DNA from: Bacteroidales bacterium
Lineage (GTDB): Bacteria > Bacteroidota > Bacteroidia > Bacteroidales > Muribaculaceae
Length of the DNA: 52,121 bases
Reading direction: 5' to 3'
NCBI GenBank assembly: GCA_029219425.1
Contig: JAQXTJ010000066.1
Location: 1 to 52,121, forward strand
A program made the translations under genes and the position numbers. The notes under the pieces are model-generated. The model made no database searches. It was given only the letters and a program-made list of their open reading frames with translations, and was not told the origin of the DNA. Below are positions 25,569 through 35,506 of this stretch, piece after piece (the first letter of the stretch is position 1; every line of letters starts with the position of its first letter).

Positions 25569-26255
25569 ATGAAAGAGATTCTGCAATTCGTGCGCGACCT
25601 CGCGCAAAACAATAATCGTGAGTGGTTTGCCGCCAACAAGCCTCGCTATCAGGCCATACTGAAACAGTGGCAAAACTTCTGCCAGGAACTTATTGCTGAG
25701 ATTGGACTCTTCGACAGCGACATCGCCAAGCTCTCAATAAGCGACTGCACCTACCGCATTTACCGCGACACCCGTTTTTCGACCGACAAGACACCCTACA
25801 AGACACACTTCGGTGTGTTCCTCTGCCCGGGCGGAAAGAAGTCGATGCACGCCGGCTACTACTTCCACCTCGGAACAGGCGAGAGCGACACCTATCCTCA
25901 CGCCCACATGCTCGCCTCGGGCAACTACTGCTACGACCCAGCCGTGATTCCGGTCATCAGGGAGGACATAAGCGACGGATGGGAAGAGTTTTCCTCTCAG
26001 GTGCTTGCCGCAGCCGACAGACGCTTCACAATCGACATGGACGGAGCTTTGAAGAAAGTCCCAAAAGGCTACCCCTCCGACGCTCCTTTTTCCCACTTAC
26101 TGCGACTCAAAAACTACTGCCTCGTGGCTACGGTTGATGACGCATTCGTCACAGCTCCTGACTTGCCTAAGCGACTCGCCGAAATCTTCCGCACCACAAA
26201 GCCTTTCAACGACTACATCAACCGCGCCGTAGATTTTGTGAATCAAAATCCTTGA
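25569..26255 (+). CDS. DUF2461 (TIGR02453-type) family protein
   Basis: The N-terminus FVRDLAQNNNREWFAANKPRYQ and the YRIYRDTRFS motif are typical of DUF2461, by recognition. Confidence 0.8.
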   Translation: MKEILQFVRDLAQNNNREWFAANKPRYQAILKQWQNFCQELIAEIGLFDSDIAKLSISDCTYRIYRDTRFSTDKTPYKTHFGVFLCPGGKKSMHAGYYFHLGTGESDTYPHAHMLASGNYCYDPAVIPVIREDISDGWEEFSSQVLAAADRRFTIDMDGALKKVPKGYPSDAPFSHLLRLKNYCLVATVDDAFVTAPDLPKRLAEIFRTTKPFNDYINRAVDFVNQNP

Positions 26256-26441
26256 TTCTTGTTTCGTTCCCTCTCCACTGCTACTCTTAACCGTTTCATA
26301 ACCTCCATTTACCGCAGTTTTCACATCACAAGCAGCCTCTCGCTACCATTACGAAAGCACTGTATTTCGGCACGACACAACTTATTTCGCAAAGTATCCA
26401 AAAAAATTTAATTTTTATTTTGTCAAATGCAAAAAAAGGAG

Positions 26442-26449
26442 TAACTTTG
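26442..26449 (+). promoter_or_regulatory. Bacteroidetes promoter: -7 box TAACTTTG with -33 TTTG
   Basis: TAnnTTTG is at 26442-26449. A TTTG at 26419-26422 lies 19 nt upstream, the typical -33/-7 spacing. This leaves an approximately 130-nt leader before glpA. Confidence 0.55.
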
Positions 26450-26584
26450 TTGCGTTATGAAAGCCAAAATTTTAGTTTGCGAAAGATTTTACTTCTATCC
26501 TCAATCATTCAACAAGCTATCCTATTGTGGCACAACAATTTGAAACAAACCGAAAGAATACAACAAAACCATTAATATACTGAC

Positions 26585-28255
26585 ATGAAAATAAATGGTG
26601 AAACTCAATTCGACGTCATCATAGTGGGCGGTGGAGCTACTGGAGCCGGAACCGCACGCGACTGTGCCATGCGTGAACTGAAAGTGCTGCTTGTGGAGCG
26701 ACACGACTTCGCCTCGGGTGCCACCGGCCGAAACCACGGTCTGCTGCACAGCGGAGCACGCTATGCCGTTACCGACCGCGAGTCGGCCGAAGAATGTATC
26801 AAGGAGAACATGACACTGCGCCGCATCGCCGCGCATTGCGTGGAAGAAAACGATGGCCTGTTTATCACTCTGCCCGAGGACGACCTCGCTTACCAGGCAA
26901 AATTTGTGGAGTCGTGCAATGCTGCCGGCATTCGCGCCGATATCATCGACCCAGCGCTTGCTCGCCGGTTAGAGCCTTCGGTCAATCCCGAGCTAATTGG
27001 CGCCGTGCGCGTGCCCGACGGCTCTGTTGACCCTTTCCGCCTGGCTACTGCCAACGTAATCGACGCCAAGATTCACGGTGCCGAAGTGCTTACTATGCAC
27101 GAGCTCACCGGTTTCGTAATCGAAAATGGCCGAATGAAGGGCGTGAAGCTGCTCGACCATCGCACCAAGCAGACCAAGACTTTCTATTCTAAGCTCGTGG
27201 TCAACGCAGGTGGTATATGGGGACACAACATTGCCAAGATGGCTGGCGTCAACGTGAACATGTTCCCGGCCAAGGGCGCACTGCTTGTGTTTGGCCACCG
27301 TGTGAACAACATGGTCATCAACCGCTGCCGAAAACCTGCCAATGCCGACATCCTTGTGCCCGGCGACCTCATTTGCGTGATTGGAACCACCTCAAGCCGC
27401 GTGCCTTTCGAGGAGTGCGACAATATGCTTGTGACGCGTGATGAGGTCGACCTGCTGCTCAGTGAGGGCGAGAAGCTCGCTCCTTCGCTGCGTAGCACCC
27501 GCATTCTCCGTGCCTACGCAGGCGTGCGACCTCTCGTGGCAAGCGACAGCGACCCTTCTGGCCGCAGCATCAGCCGCGGAATCGTGCTTCTCGACCACGA
27601 GACACGCGACGGACTCGCCGGATTCATAACCATCACCGGAGGAAAGCTCATGACCTACCGCCTGATGGCCGAGTGGTGTGCCGACCTGGTGTGCCAAAAG
27701 CTAAATATCGACCGCAAGTGCCAGACTGCCGAAATTCCTCTGCCGGGTTCGCGCAAGGAAGAGGCTCCTGCAAAGAAATACTACGACATCCACGCCGCAG
27801 CAAAGGCTTCCGACAAGCAATCCTATTCCACTGCGGCAAAGCAGCAAGAGCTTGCCGAAAAATCGGCAGAGTGGCGACACGGCTCAATGAATGACGCAAT
27901 AGCCGATGCCGATGCTCAATCGCGTGCCTTGGTGTGTGAGTGCGAGGAAGTGACTGTGGCCGAGGTGGAATATGCCATCCGCGACCTCCACATCGACAAT
28001 CTGGTGAATCTCCGCCGTCGCACACGTGTGGGTATGGGCACCTGTCAGGGCGAGCTTTGCGCATGCCGCGCCGCCGGACAGCTCGCAAAAGCCGGACGCT
28101 GCGCCCGCGATGCTCAGGACAACCTCTCACAGTTCCTTCAAGAGCGTTGGAAAGGCATGTACCCCGTAACCTGGGGCGATGCCCTAAGCGAGATTCAGTT
28201 CACTTCGTGGATCTATGAGGGTGTGTATGGCCTTCCTGTCACCGAAATTAAATAA
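26585..28255 (+). CDS. glpA: Anaerobic glycerol-3-phosphate dehydrogenase subunit A
   Basis: It has the FAD motif DVIIVGGGATGAG and a C-terminal BFD-like Cys cluster (CECEEVT…GTCQGELC). Confidence 0.93.
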   Translation: MKINGETQFDVIIVGGGATGAGTARDCAMRELKVLLVERHDFASGATGRNHGLLHSGARYAVTDRESAEECIKENMTLRRIAAHCVEENDGLFITLPEDDLAYQAKFVESCNAAGIRADIIDPALARRLEPSVNPELIGAVRVPDGSVDPFRLATANVIDAKIHGAEVLTMHELTGFVIENGRMKGVKLLDHRTKQTKTFYSKLVVNAGGIWGHNIAKMAGVNVNMFPAKGALLVFGHRVNNMVINRCRKPANADILVPGDLICVIGTTSSRVPFEECDNMLVTRDEVDLLLSEGEKLAPSLRSTRILRAYAGVRPLVASDSDPSGRSISRGIVLLDHETRDGLAGFITITGGKLMTYRLMAEWCADLVCQKLNIDRKCQTAEIPLPGSRKEEAPAKKYYDIHAAAKASDKQSYSTAAKQQELAEKSAEWRHGSMNDAIADADAQSRALVCECEEVTVAEVEYAIRDLHIDNLVNLRRRTRVGMGTCQGELCACRAAGQLAKAGRCARDAQDNLSQFLQERWKGMYPVTWGDALSEIQFTSWIYEGVYGLPVTEIK

Positions 28256-28278
28256 CACTAAATCACAGTCTCACTACA

Positions 28279-29535
28279 ATGAAATTCGACGCAATAATTA
28301 TAGGAGGTGGTCTTAGCGGTCTGGCTTGCGGAATATCGCTCGCCGAACGCGGCAAGCGTTGCGCCATCATCTCCACCGGGCAAAGCGCCCTGCACTTCTG
28401 CTCGGGCTCTTTCGACTTCCTTGGCTATGTGAAAGGTTTCGATGTGGAAACACCCGCCACCACTCTTGCCAAGGTGATTCCGGCCGAGCACCCCTACGCT
28501 CGCATCGGCGCCGACCGTGCAATTGCCATTGCACGAGAGGTGCCCGAGTTCTTCGCCCGTATGGGAGTGAAAGTGAATGGCTCCATAGAGCGCAATCACT
28601 ACCGTATCACTCCGCTCGGAATCATGAAGCCCACTTGGCTGTCGCTCGACGACTTCAACTCCATCTCCGAGAAAGACAAGTTGCCTTGGTCAAAGGTCTC
28701 AATTCAAAACATCGTGGGTTTCCTCGACTTCCACACAGCTTTTGTAGCCGACAACCTCGAGCGAATCGGCACTCAGTGCACAATAGCCGCTATTAACATG
28801 CCGGAATTTGAGCACCTGCGCACCAGCCCGTCAGAGATGCGATCGGCCAATATTGCAAAGGTTTTCGAGGGCAACGACGACGCCCTGCTGCGCTTTGCGG
28901 CCATCGTGGAGCGTAACGCAGGAGATGCCCAGGCTGTAGTGCTGCCGGCAGTGTTTGGCCTCTACGACTCTCATGCCGTGGAGGTGCTGAAGAAGGCCGT
29001 GAAGCGTCCCATCTGCTTCATTCCCGTGCTTCCTCCATCGGTGCCGGGCATCCGCACTCAGATTACCATGCGACGCCGTTTCGAGCAACTCGGCGGCACT
29101 TATTTCCTTGGCGACACAGTCACCTCTGCACGCATCGAGAATGGCAAAGTGATTGCCGTGAGCACCCGCAACCTTGCCGACGATGAGCTGATTGCCGACA
29201 ACTTCGTGCTCGCCACCGGAAGTTTCTTCGGCCACGGACTGGAGGCTCGCCCCGACAAAGTGGTGGAAACTCTGCTGGATGCCGATGTGAATGCTGCCGA
29301 CAACCGCGACGACTGGTATAACCACGAGATATTCACCGAACAGCCATATATGAGCTTCGGCGTTGCTACCGACCTCAATTTTCACCCCACAAAGGGCGGA
29401 AAAGCAATTTCCAACCTCTACGCCGCTGGAGCGGTGCTGAGCAATTTCAATCCCATTAAGGAGGCAAGCGGTGCAGGCGTTTCGCTAATCTCCGCCCTCC
29501 ATGTTGCCGACCTAATAACCAACAGCAAGCAATGA
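28279..29535 (+). CDS. glpB: Anaerobic glycerol-3-phosphate dehydrogenase subunit B
   Basis: It has the DAIIIGGGLSGL dinucleotide motif and lies between glpA and glpC. Confidence 0.9.
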   Translation: MKFDAIIIGGGLSGLACGISLAERGKRCAIISTGQSALHFCSGSFDFLGYVKGFDVETPATTLAKVIPAEHPYARIGADRAIAIAREVPEFFARMGVKVNGSIERNHYRITPLGIMKPTWLSLDDFNSISEKDKLPWSKVSIQNIVGFLDFHTAFVADNLERIGTQCTIAAINMPEFEHLRTSPSEMRSANIAKVFEGNDDALLRFAAIVERNAGDAQAVVLPAVFGLYDSHAVEVLKKAVKRPICFIPVLPPSVPGIRTQITMRRRFEQLGGTYFLGDTVTSARIENGKVIAVSTRNLADDELIADNFVLATGSFFGHGLEARPDKVVETLLDADVNAADNRDDWYNHEIFTEQPYMSFGVATDLNFHPTKGGKAISNLYAAGAVLSNFNPIKEASGAGVSLISALHVADLITNSKQ

Positions 29536-30749
29536 CTGATCCTACAATGAACATAAGCGAAAACAACTTTGAGCAGTGCCTCAAGTGCACGGTGTGCACG
29601 GTGTATTGCCCCGTGGCTGCCGTGAAGCCCGAATATCCCGGCCCAAAGCAGGCCGGCCCCGACGGTGAGCGCCTCCGCCTCAAGAAGCCGGGATTCTTCG
29701 ATGAGTCGCTCAAGTATTGCCTCAACTGCAAGCGATGCGAAGTGGCCTGCCCTCACGACGTGCGCATTGGCGACATCATCCAGGCTGCACGAATAAAATA
29801 CAGCAAGAAGAAACCTGGTCTGCGTGAGATGATGCTCGCCAACACCGACTTCATGGGCACCATGGCCACTACCATGGCTCCGGTGGTGAATATGTCGCTC
29901 GGGCTGAAACCCGTAAAGGCTATTCTCGATGGCGTGATGAAAATCGACGCCCACCGCACCTTCCCCAAATATGCCTCGCAGAAGTTTGTAACCTGGTTCA
30001 AGCGCCACGCTCAGGCCCAACAGGCTCAATATCAGAAGCAGGTGAGCTTCTTCCACGGATGCTACATCAATTACAATTATCCGCAGCTCGGCAAGGACTT
30101 CGTGCGCGTGATGAATGCTCTGGGCTATGGCGTGCAGCTGCTCGACCGCGAGAAGTGCTGTGGCGTGGCCCTAATCTCCAATGGGCTTATCGATCAGGCC
30201 AAGAAGCAAGCTCAACTCAACATCGACTCTGTGCGCGCGTCAGTGAAAGCCGGGCGTCAGGTAATCGGAGCTTCGTCAACGTGCGTGTTCACTATGCGCG
30301 ATGAGTATCCGCACCTCCTCGGTATCGACAATGCCGACGTGCGCGACAGCATCAACCTTGCAACTCGATTCGTGCAGATGATTCTTGAGAGCGGTAAAGC
30401 CAGGCTCAAGTTCCGCAAGGACTACAAGCTGCGTGTGGCCTACCACACTGCATGCCACATGGAAAAAATGGGATGGGCAGCCTACTCCATACAGTTGCTA
30501 CGGCAGATTCCGGGCGTGGAAGTCACCGTGCTTCCTTCACAATGCTGCGGTATTGCCGGAACCTACGGATTCAAGAAGGAGAACTACCCCACTTCGCAAG
30601 CTATTGGCAACTCTCTCTTCGAGAAAATCGAGGCTCTGAAGCCCGACTTTGTTGTAACCGATTGCGAAACCTGCAAGTGGCAGATTGAGATGTCAACATC
30701 AGTGCCCGTGCAGCATCCCATAAGCATTCTCGCCGCGGCTCTCGAGTAA
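29532..30749 (+). CDS. glpC: Anaerobic glycerol-3-phosphate dehydrogenase subunit C (Fe-S)
   Basis: It has two 4Fe-4S motifs (CLKCTVCTVYCP and CLNCKRCEVACP) and two CCG-type Cys-rich repeats (EKCCG and SQCCG). Its start overlaps the glpB stop. Confidence 0.92.
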   Translation: MTDPTMNISENNFEQCLKCTVCTVYCPVAAVKPEYPGPKQAGPDGERLRLKKPGFFDESLKYCLNCKRCEVACPHDVRIGDIIQAARIKYSKKKPGLREMMLANTDFMGTMATTMAPVVNMSLGLKPVKAILDGVMKIDAHRTFPKYASQKFVTWFKRHAQAQQAQYQKQVSFFHGCYINYNYPQLGKDFVRVMNALGYGVQLLDREKCCGVALISNGLIDQAKKQAQLNIDSVRASVKAGRQVIGASSTCVFTMRDEYPHLLGIDNADVRDSINLATRFVQMILESGKARLKFRKDYKLRVAYHTACHMEKMGWAAYSIQLLRQIPGVEVTVLPSQCCGIAGTYGFKKENYPTSQAIGNSLFEKIEALKPDFVVTDCETCKWQIEMSTSVPVQHPISILAAALE

Positions 30750-30792
30750 TTAAGGTAATAAAAAAAGATTGCGTAAGTAATGTAGGTTAATG

Positions 30793-30839
30793 GTTGAAAA
30801 AACGCTGTTTTCGCCAAAATGAGCGTTTTTTCAACTTTT
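30793..30839 (+). terminator. Rho-independent terminator of glpABC
   Basis: Perfect 14-bp stem GTTGAAAAAACGCT / AGCGTTTTTTCAAC followed by TTTT. Confidence 0.8.
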
Positions 30840-30886
30840 GGCAAAACATTCTTCGCGTTTTTTATCGCCAAATAGCAAATTTATGC

Positions 30887-30894
30887 TAATTTTG
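30887..30894 (+). promoter_or_regulatory. Bacteroidetes -7 box TAATTTTG
   Basis: Matches TAnnTTTG, 48 nt upstream of the glpT ATG. Confidence 0.55.
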
Positions 30895-30941
30895 TATTAA
30901 CTAAAATAAACCTAATAAACTTAACATTCAACAAAACAACT

Positions 30942-32324
30942 ATGGCAAATTTATTAGCACCTCCAGCCCACAAGCCCGAACAGACGGGCCCAGAGGCTGA
31001 CCGTCGTTACAAATCACTGCGTCTGCAAGTATTCATGGGAGCATTCATCGGTTATGCAGCGTTCTATATCGTGCGCAAGAACTTCTCCATGGCAATTCCA
31101 ATGCTCGCTCCTTTCGGATTCGAGAAAGGTGAGCTGGGTACAGTCCTCGCCATGAATGCCGTTGCCTATGCACTCTCAAAATTCCTCATGGGCAGTGTGA
31201 GCGACCGCAGCGATGCCCGCAAGTTCCTCCCATTAGGATTGGTTCTTGCTTCTCTCTCTATGATGTTCATGATTGTGCCAATCACTGCATTCGGCAACAA
31301 CCACTCTCTCGCAATCATCCTCATGGGTGTGCTCAACTTCCTTGTAGGATGGTTTAATGGAATGGGATGGCCTCCGTGCGGACGCGTGATGACTCACTGG
31401 TTCTCGCAGAGCGAGCGTGGCACTATGATGTCGATATGGAACTGTGCCCACAATGTGGGTGGCGCACTCGTTGGACCGATGTCGGTATATGGCGCCACCT
31501 GGTTCGGCTCCTGGTTCTACGCCAACCAGCCCGACCACTACTTCCTCATAGGCACATTCGTATTCCCCGCCGCTACGGCAATTCTCATTGCCATCCTCGC
31601 CTACTGCCTGCTGCGCGACACACCACAATCGTGCGGACTGCCTTCGGTTGAGAAATGGCGCAACGACTACCCCAAGAACTACAGCGAGAAGTCGGAGCAA
31701 GTGCTCTCCACAAAGGATATCTTCTTCAAGTACGTTCTCAACAACAAGTTCCTCTGGTACATTGCAATCGCCAATGCTTTCGTTTACATGGTACGCTACG
31801 GATGCCTCGACTGGGCGCCAACAATCCTCACCGAGAAGGGCGTAAACCTCAAGGATGCCGGCTGGGCCTATTTCGCCTACGAATTTGCGGCAATCCCCGG
31901 CACACTCATCTGTGGATGGCTCTCCGATAAGCTCTTCAATGGACGCCGCGCACTGCCCACAATCATCTTTATGGCTCTCGTAGCAGTGTTCATCATCACC
32001 TACTGGCTCTTCATGGACAACCTCACAATAGTGATTATTTCACTCATTGGCATTGGTTTCTTCATCTACGGCCCCGTGATGCTCATCGGCGTTCAGGCTC
32101 TCGACCTCGCTCCAAAGAATGCTGCCGGAACTGCCGCCGGCCTCACAGGATTCTTCGGATACTTCTTCGGAACAGCAATCCTCGCAAACACAGTGATTGG
32201 CTACGTTGCCGAGAACTTCAGCTGGGACATGACATTCGTGCTCCTTATTGCAGCTTGCCTTCTCTCTGTGGTATTCATGGGCCTCACCTACCGTGAGGAG
32301 CAGTATCTCGCCAACAAGAAGTAA
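30942..32324 (+). CDS. glpT: Glycerol-3-phosphate/phosphate antiporter (MFS)
   Basis: It shows extended collinear similarity to E. coli GlpT as I remember it (…VRKNF…MGSVSDRS…GWPPCGR…WNCAHNVGG…RDTPQSCGLP…WYIAIAN…). Confidence 0.93.
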   Translation: MANLLAPPAHKPEQTGPEADRRYKSLRLQVFMGAFIGYAAFYIVRKNFSMAIPMLAPFGFEKGELGTVLAMNAVAYALSKFLMGSVSDRSDARKFLPLGLVLASLSMMFMIVPITAFGNNHSLAIILMGVLNFLVGWFNGMGWPPCGRVMTHWFSQSERGTMMSIWNCAHNVGGALVGPMSVYGATWFGSWFYANQPDHYFLIGTFVFPAATAILIAILAYCLLRDTPQSCGLPSVEKWRNDYPKNYSEKSEQVLSTKDIFFKYVLNNKFLWYIAIANAFVYMVRYGCLDWAPTILTEKGVNLKDAGWAYFAYEFAAIPGTLICGWLSDKLFNGRRALPTIIFMALVAVFIITYWLFMDNLTIVIISLIGIGFFIYGPVMLIGVQALDLAPKNAAGTAAGLTGFFGYFFGTAILANTVIGYVAENFSWDMTFVLLIAACLLSVVFMGLTYREEQYLANKK

Positions 32325-32362
32325 AACAGCTCCCCTGCCCACAGCAGGCACAATACATCATA

Positions 32363-32410
32363 GCGTGCACGCTCCATTGACAAGGTGAGCGTGCACGCCT
32401 TGTTTCTTTT
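32363..32410 (+). terminator. Rho-independent terminator of glpT
   Basis: An 11-bp stem GCGTGCACGCT / AGCGTGCACGC, a 14-nt loop, then CTTGTTTCTTTT. Confidence 0.7.
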
Positions 32411-32421
32411 GGCACACTTCA

Positions 32422-32448
32422 CACTTGCCTCCTCACTTGCCTCCTCAC
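32422..32448. repeat. 12-bp tandem duplication (CACTTGCCTCCT x2 plus a partial copy)
   Basis: Read directly from the intergenic sequence between glpT and glpQ. Confidence 0.8.
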
Positions 32449-32546
32449 ATTCTTCACTGCAAAAAAACTCGGCAATTATTTGTCTGTTTCACAAAGTCGC
32501 CGTAACTTTATAGAAAATTTCAAAATCCTTAATTATTCATATTGCA

Positions 32547-33311
32547 ATGAAAAAAACTATTCTGCTTTTCGCATCTTTGCTCTTAGGCTCGGCTGCCGCC
32601 CTCGCTCAGATGACCTGTGTGGTAGCTCACCGAGGCTACTGGGACACCGAAGGTTCTGCCCAAAACAGCATCAGAGCTCTCGTTAAAGCCGACTCCATCG
32701 ACTGCTACGGCTCAGAATTCGACGTGTGGATGACTGCCGACAAGAAACTCGTGGTGAACCACGACCCCGACATCAACGGAATCCATATCGAAACGTCAAA
32801 AGCCCGCGATGTGCTTGCTCAAGTGCTGCAAAACGGCGAAACAGTGCCCACTCTCGAGCAATATCTCAACCGCTCTCTCTCGCTGCACACACGACTCATC
32901 CTCGAGCTAAAGCCTCACACCGACAAGAACCATGAGGAAGAGGCCGTGAAAGCCGTGGTGAAGCTCGTGAAAGACCGCGGACTCGAGGCCAACATCGAGT
33001 ACATCACATTCTCGCGGGAGGCTTTTGCCAACCTCATAAAGTATGCACCCAAAGGCACCCCCGTATTCTTCCTCAATGGCGACCTCACTCCGCGCGAAAT
33101 AAAGGCAATGGGCGGCGCAGGCATCGACTATCACTTTAGCGTGCTCAAGCGCAACCCTTGGTGGATTGCCGAGTGCCACGCCCTAAACCTCCGCGTAAAT
33201 GCCTGGACCGTCAACAAGCCGGACGACATCAAGTGGTGCATCGACCATCAGGTTGACATCATCACCACCAACGCACCCAAGCTCGTGCAGCAAATGCTTA
33301 TCGAACAATAG
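32547..33311 (+). CDS. glpQ: Glycerophosphodiester phosphodiesterase (secreted/periplasmic)
   Basis: It has a signal peptide (MKKTILLFASLLLGSAAALAQ), the VAHRGYW catalytic motif and the EFDVW…HD region. Confidence 0.88.
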   Translation: MKKTILLFASLLLGSAAALAQMTCVVAHRGYWDTEGSAQNSIRALVKADSIDCYGSEFDVWMTADKKLVVNHDPDINGIHIETSKARDVLAQVLQNGETVPTLEQYLNRSLSLHTRLILELKPHTDKNHEEEAVKAVVKLVKDRGLEANIEYITFSREAFANLIKYAPKGTPVFFLNGDLTPREIKAMGGAGIDYHFSVLKRNPWWIAECHALNLRVNAWTVNKPDDIKWCIDHQVDIITTNAPKLVQQMLIEQ

Positions 33312-33431
33312 TCACGGCACTCACACAATATGCCAAAAGGCTGTGACAAAGGGAACTGCACCCCAAGTTTTGATTGCTCATAAAAGTGTACCTGACAGCA
33401 ATAATACAGCACTTTTTTGAGTGACTAAGTC

Positions 33432-33475
33432 AGAAGTAAAGCAGCCGGACTCTCACAAGCTGAGAATCCGGCTGC
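33432..33475 (-). terminator. Terminator hairpin between convergent genes
   Basis: A 14-bp stem GCAGCCGGACTCTC / GAGAATCCGGCTGC with one mismatch. On the minus strand it is followed by TTTACTTCT. It lies 25 nt past the stop of the 33500..34414 gene. Confidence 0.55.
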
Positions 33476-33499
33476 AAATATTGTCGATGTGTCGTGTGA

Positions 33500-34414
33500 T
33501 CAGAACATCTGATTAGGATATTGTCCCTGCTCGTGGAGCTTGGCGAGCTTGGCCACAACCTCCGGACGATCCTCGGGATAAGTCACGCCAAACCACTTCG
33601 AAGTCGTCGGCAGTACCTCGCAAGTAGCCTTGCCCTGCTTGATGAGGGTATCGACCATGAGCGGAATGAAGAACTCGCTCTTGAGGTTGGCCTGGTTCTT
33701 CGGGTCGGCAAGGAACTGCTTGAAGTATTCCTCGCTGTGTGCGAAGTAGTCGGGAGTGAAGCCCCAGAAGTTCATCGAGCACGGTGTGTTGTCGGGAATC
33801 GACACCCACTGGTCGTTCTCGTCGAGATATTGCACCACTCCGTCGCGACGCTCAATCTTTGTGCGCTCCACCACGCCGGTGAGCATGTGAGTCTTCTCAT
33901 CGTTCTCGCAGATACCACGGCTCACGGTGCCGCTCTCCGAGAGAGTGTTGCTCACGCTGAAGCCCACCATTGCATAGCGGCCTGTGCTGCCCTCGGGAAG
34001 CTCTGAGAGGAACTTGCCCATCACCATGAATGCGTCACGGTCGTAGAAATCGTCGCAGTTGAGCACTGCAAATGGCTCCTTAATCACATCCTTACCCATC
34101 ATCACAGCATGGTTGGTTCCCCATGGCTTCACACGGCCTTCGGGCACTGTGAATCCCTCTGGAAGTGCGTCGAGTGCCTGGAAGCAAAGCTCGCAAGGCA
34201 CATGTCCCTCATATTTCGAAAGAATCTGCTCGCGGAACTGCTGTTCAAAATCACGGCGGATTACCCACACGATTTTGCCAAAACCAGCCTGAATAGCATC
34301 ATAGATGCTATAGTCCATAATGCTCTGTCCTTGGGGGCCAAGGGTGTCGAGCTGTTTCAGTCCGCCATAGCGGCTGCCCATACCTGCTGCAAGAAGGAAT
34401 AATGTAGGTTTCAT
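33500..34414 (-). CDS. Sugar-phosphate nucleotidyltransferase family protein
   Basis: It has the N-terminal LAAGMGSRYGGLKQL (GxGxR) signature of NTP-transferases. It is the last gene of the galK-galM unit. Confidence 0.75.
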   Translation of the reverse strand: MKPTLFLLAAGMGSRYGGLKQLDTLGPQGQSIMDYSIYDAIQAGFGKIVWVIRRDFEQQFREQILSKYEGHVPCELCFQALDALPEGFTVPEGRVKPWGTNHAVMMGKDVIKEPFAVLNCDDFYDRDAFMVMGKFLSELPEGSTGRYAMVGFSVSNTLSESGTVSRGICENDEKTHMLTGVVERTKIERRDGVVQYLDENDQWVSIPDNTPCSMNFWGFTPDYFAHSEEYFKQFLADPKNQANLKSEFFIPLMVDTLIKQGKATCEVLPTTSKWFGVTYPEDRPEVVAKLAKLHEQGQYPNQMF

Positions 34415-34447
34415 AAAAAATTTTCAGTTTGTGTTTTGTTGTTGAGA

Positions 34448-35488
34448 TTATAAAGTTTTGAATTTGAATACTATCTCGCGGTCATAACGCTCGCCGGCCT
34501 TGAGGAGCTGCGAGGGGAATTGTGGCTGGTTGGGAGCGTCGGGCACGCCCTGACACTCAATTGCCACTGCGTCGTAGTCGGCAAAGTCGCAGCCTCTCTT
34601 GCCCTTGGGCGCACCGGCAAGCCAGTTGCCGGTATATACCTGTGCGGCAGGCTGGTCGGTAGCCACTTCCACCACGCGGCCACTGTTCTCGTCGGTGAGC
34701 ACTGCCACAGTCTTCATTGTGCCGTCCCAGCCATCCACGAGCCAGCAGTTGTCATAACCCTTGCCATACACAAGCGCAGGGAAATCGGCCTTGATTTCCT
34801 CGCCCAGCGTCTTGGCTGTGGTGAAGTCCATAGGCGTTCCTGCCACTGGAGCTATCTCGCCGGTTGGAATAAGGGTGTCGTCGGTCGGCACATAGTTGCT
34901 GCAAGCAAGCCACAGCTTGTGACCGAGTACCGACCCGCTTCCTTCGCCCGACAGGTTGAAGTAGGTGTGATTGGTGAGGTTCACGATTGTGTCGGCATCG
35001 CTCAATGCTCCGAGTTTCAGGCTCAGGGTGCAGTCGTCGCTCCAGGCGTAGATGGCGGTCACTATCATATTGCCGGGATAGTGCTCATCACCATCGGGGC
35101 TGAAGTGGGTAAACACCACGCTGTCGCCTTCCACGCGGCTGTTCCATATTTGGTTCTGGAAGCCTTCTGGGCCACCATGCAGGGCATTGGGGCCGTTGTT
35201 GATGGCGAGCTTATAGTCCTTGCCACCCACGGTGAATTTGCCCTTAGCAATGCGGTTGGCATACCGACCGGGCACTTTGCCGGCACACGGCCCGTCGTAG
35301 AGATAGCCGGCGGCATCGGCATAGCCAAGCACCACATCGTCCATCGCGCCCTTTGCATCGGGCACCACTACCGAAACGATGCCGGCGCCGAGGCTCGACA
35401 CCTCGACGCTTGCACCGCTTGCGTTTGTGAGTTTATATATGGCAATCTCGCCCTTGGGCGATGCTGCCACACGCTTTGTTACGTTCAT
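34448..35488 (-). CDS. galM: Aldose 1-epimerase (galactose mutarotase)
   Basis: It has NNGPNALHGGPEGF, the HTYFNL motif and a C-terminal E…P motif region. Confidence 0.92.
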   Translation of the reverse strand: MNVTKRVAASPKGEIAIYKLTNASGASVEVSSLGAGIVSVVVPDAKGAMDDVVLGYADAAGYLYDGPCAGKVPGRYANRIAKGKFTVGGKDYKLAINNGPNALHGGPEGFQNQIWNSRVEGDSVVFTHFSPDGDEHYPGNMIVTAIYAWSDDCTLSLKLGALSDADTIVNLTNHTYFNLSGEGSGSVLGHKLWLACSNYVPTDDTLIPTGEIAPVAGTPMDFTTAKTLGEEIKADFPALVYGKGYDNCWLVDGWDGTMKTVAVLTDENSGRVVEVATDQPAAQVYTGNWLAGAPKGKRGCDFADYDAVAIECQGVPDAPNQPQFPSQLLKAGERYDREIVFKFKTL

Positions 35489-35506
35489 TATCTATTGCAG
35501 TTGGTT

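Noticed and set aside
32422-32448. The 12-bp tandem duplication CACTTGCCTCCT x2 after the glpT terminator, as a regulatory element.
   Set aside because: It has only two copies in a spacer with no nearby promoter box. It is most simply a slippage duplication. It is listed as a repeat feature, not as a finding.
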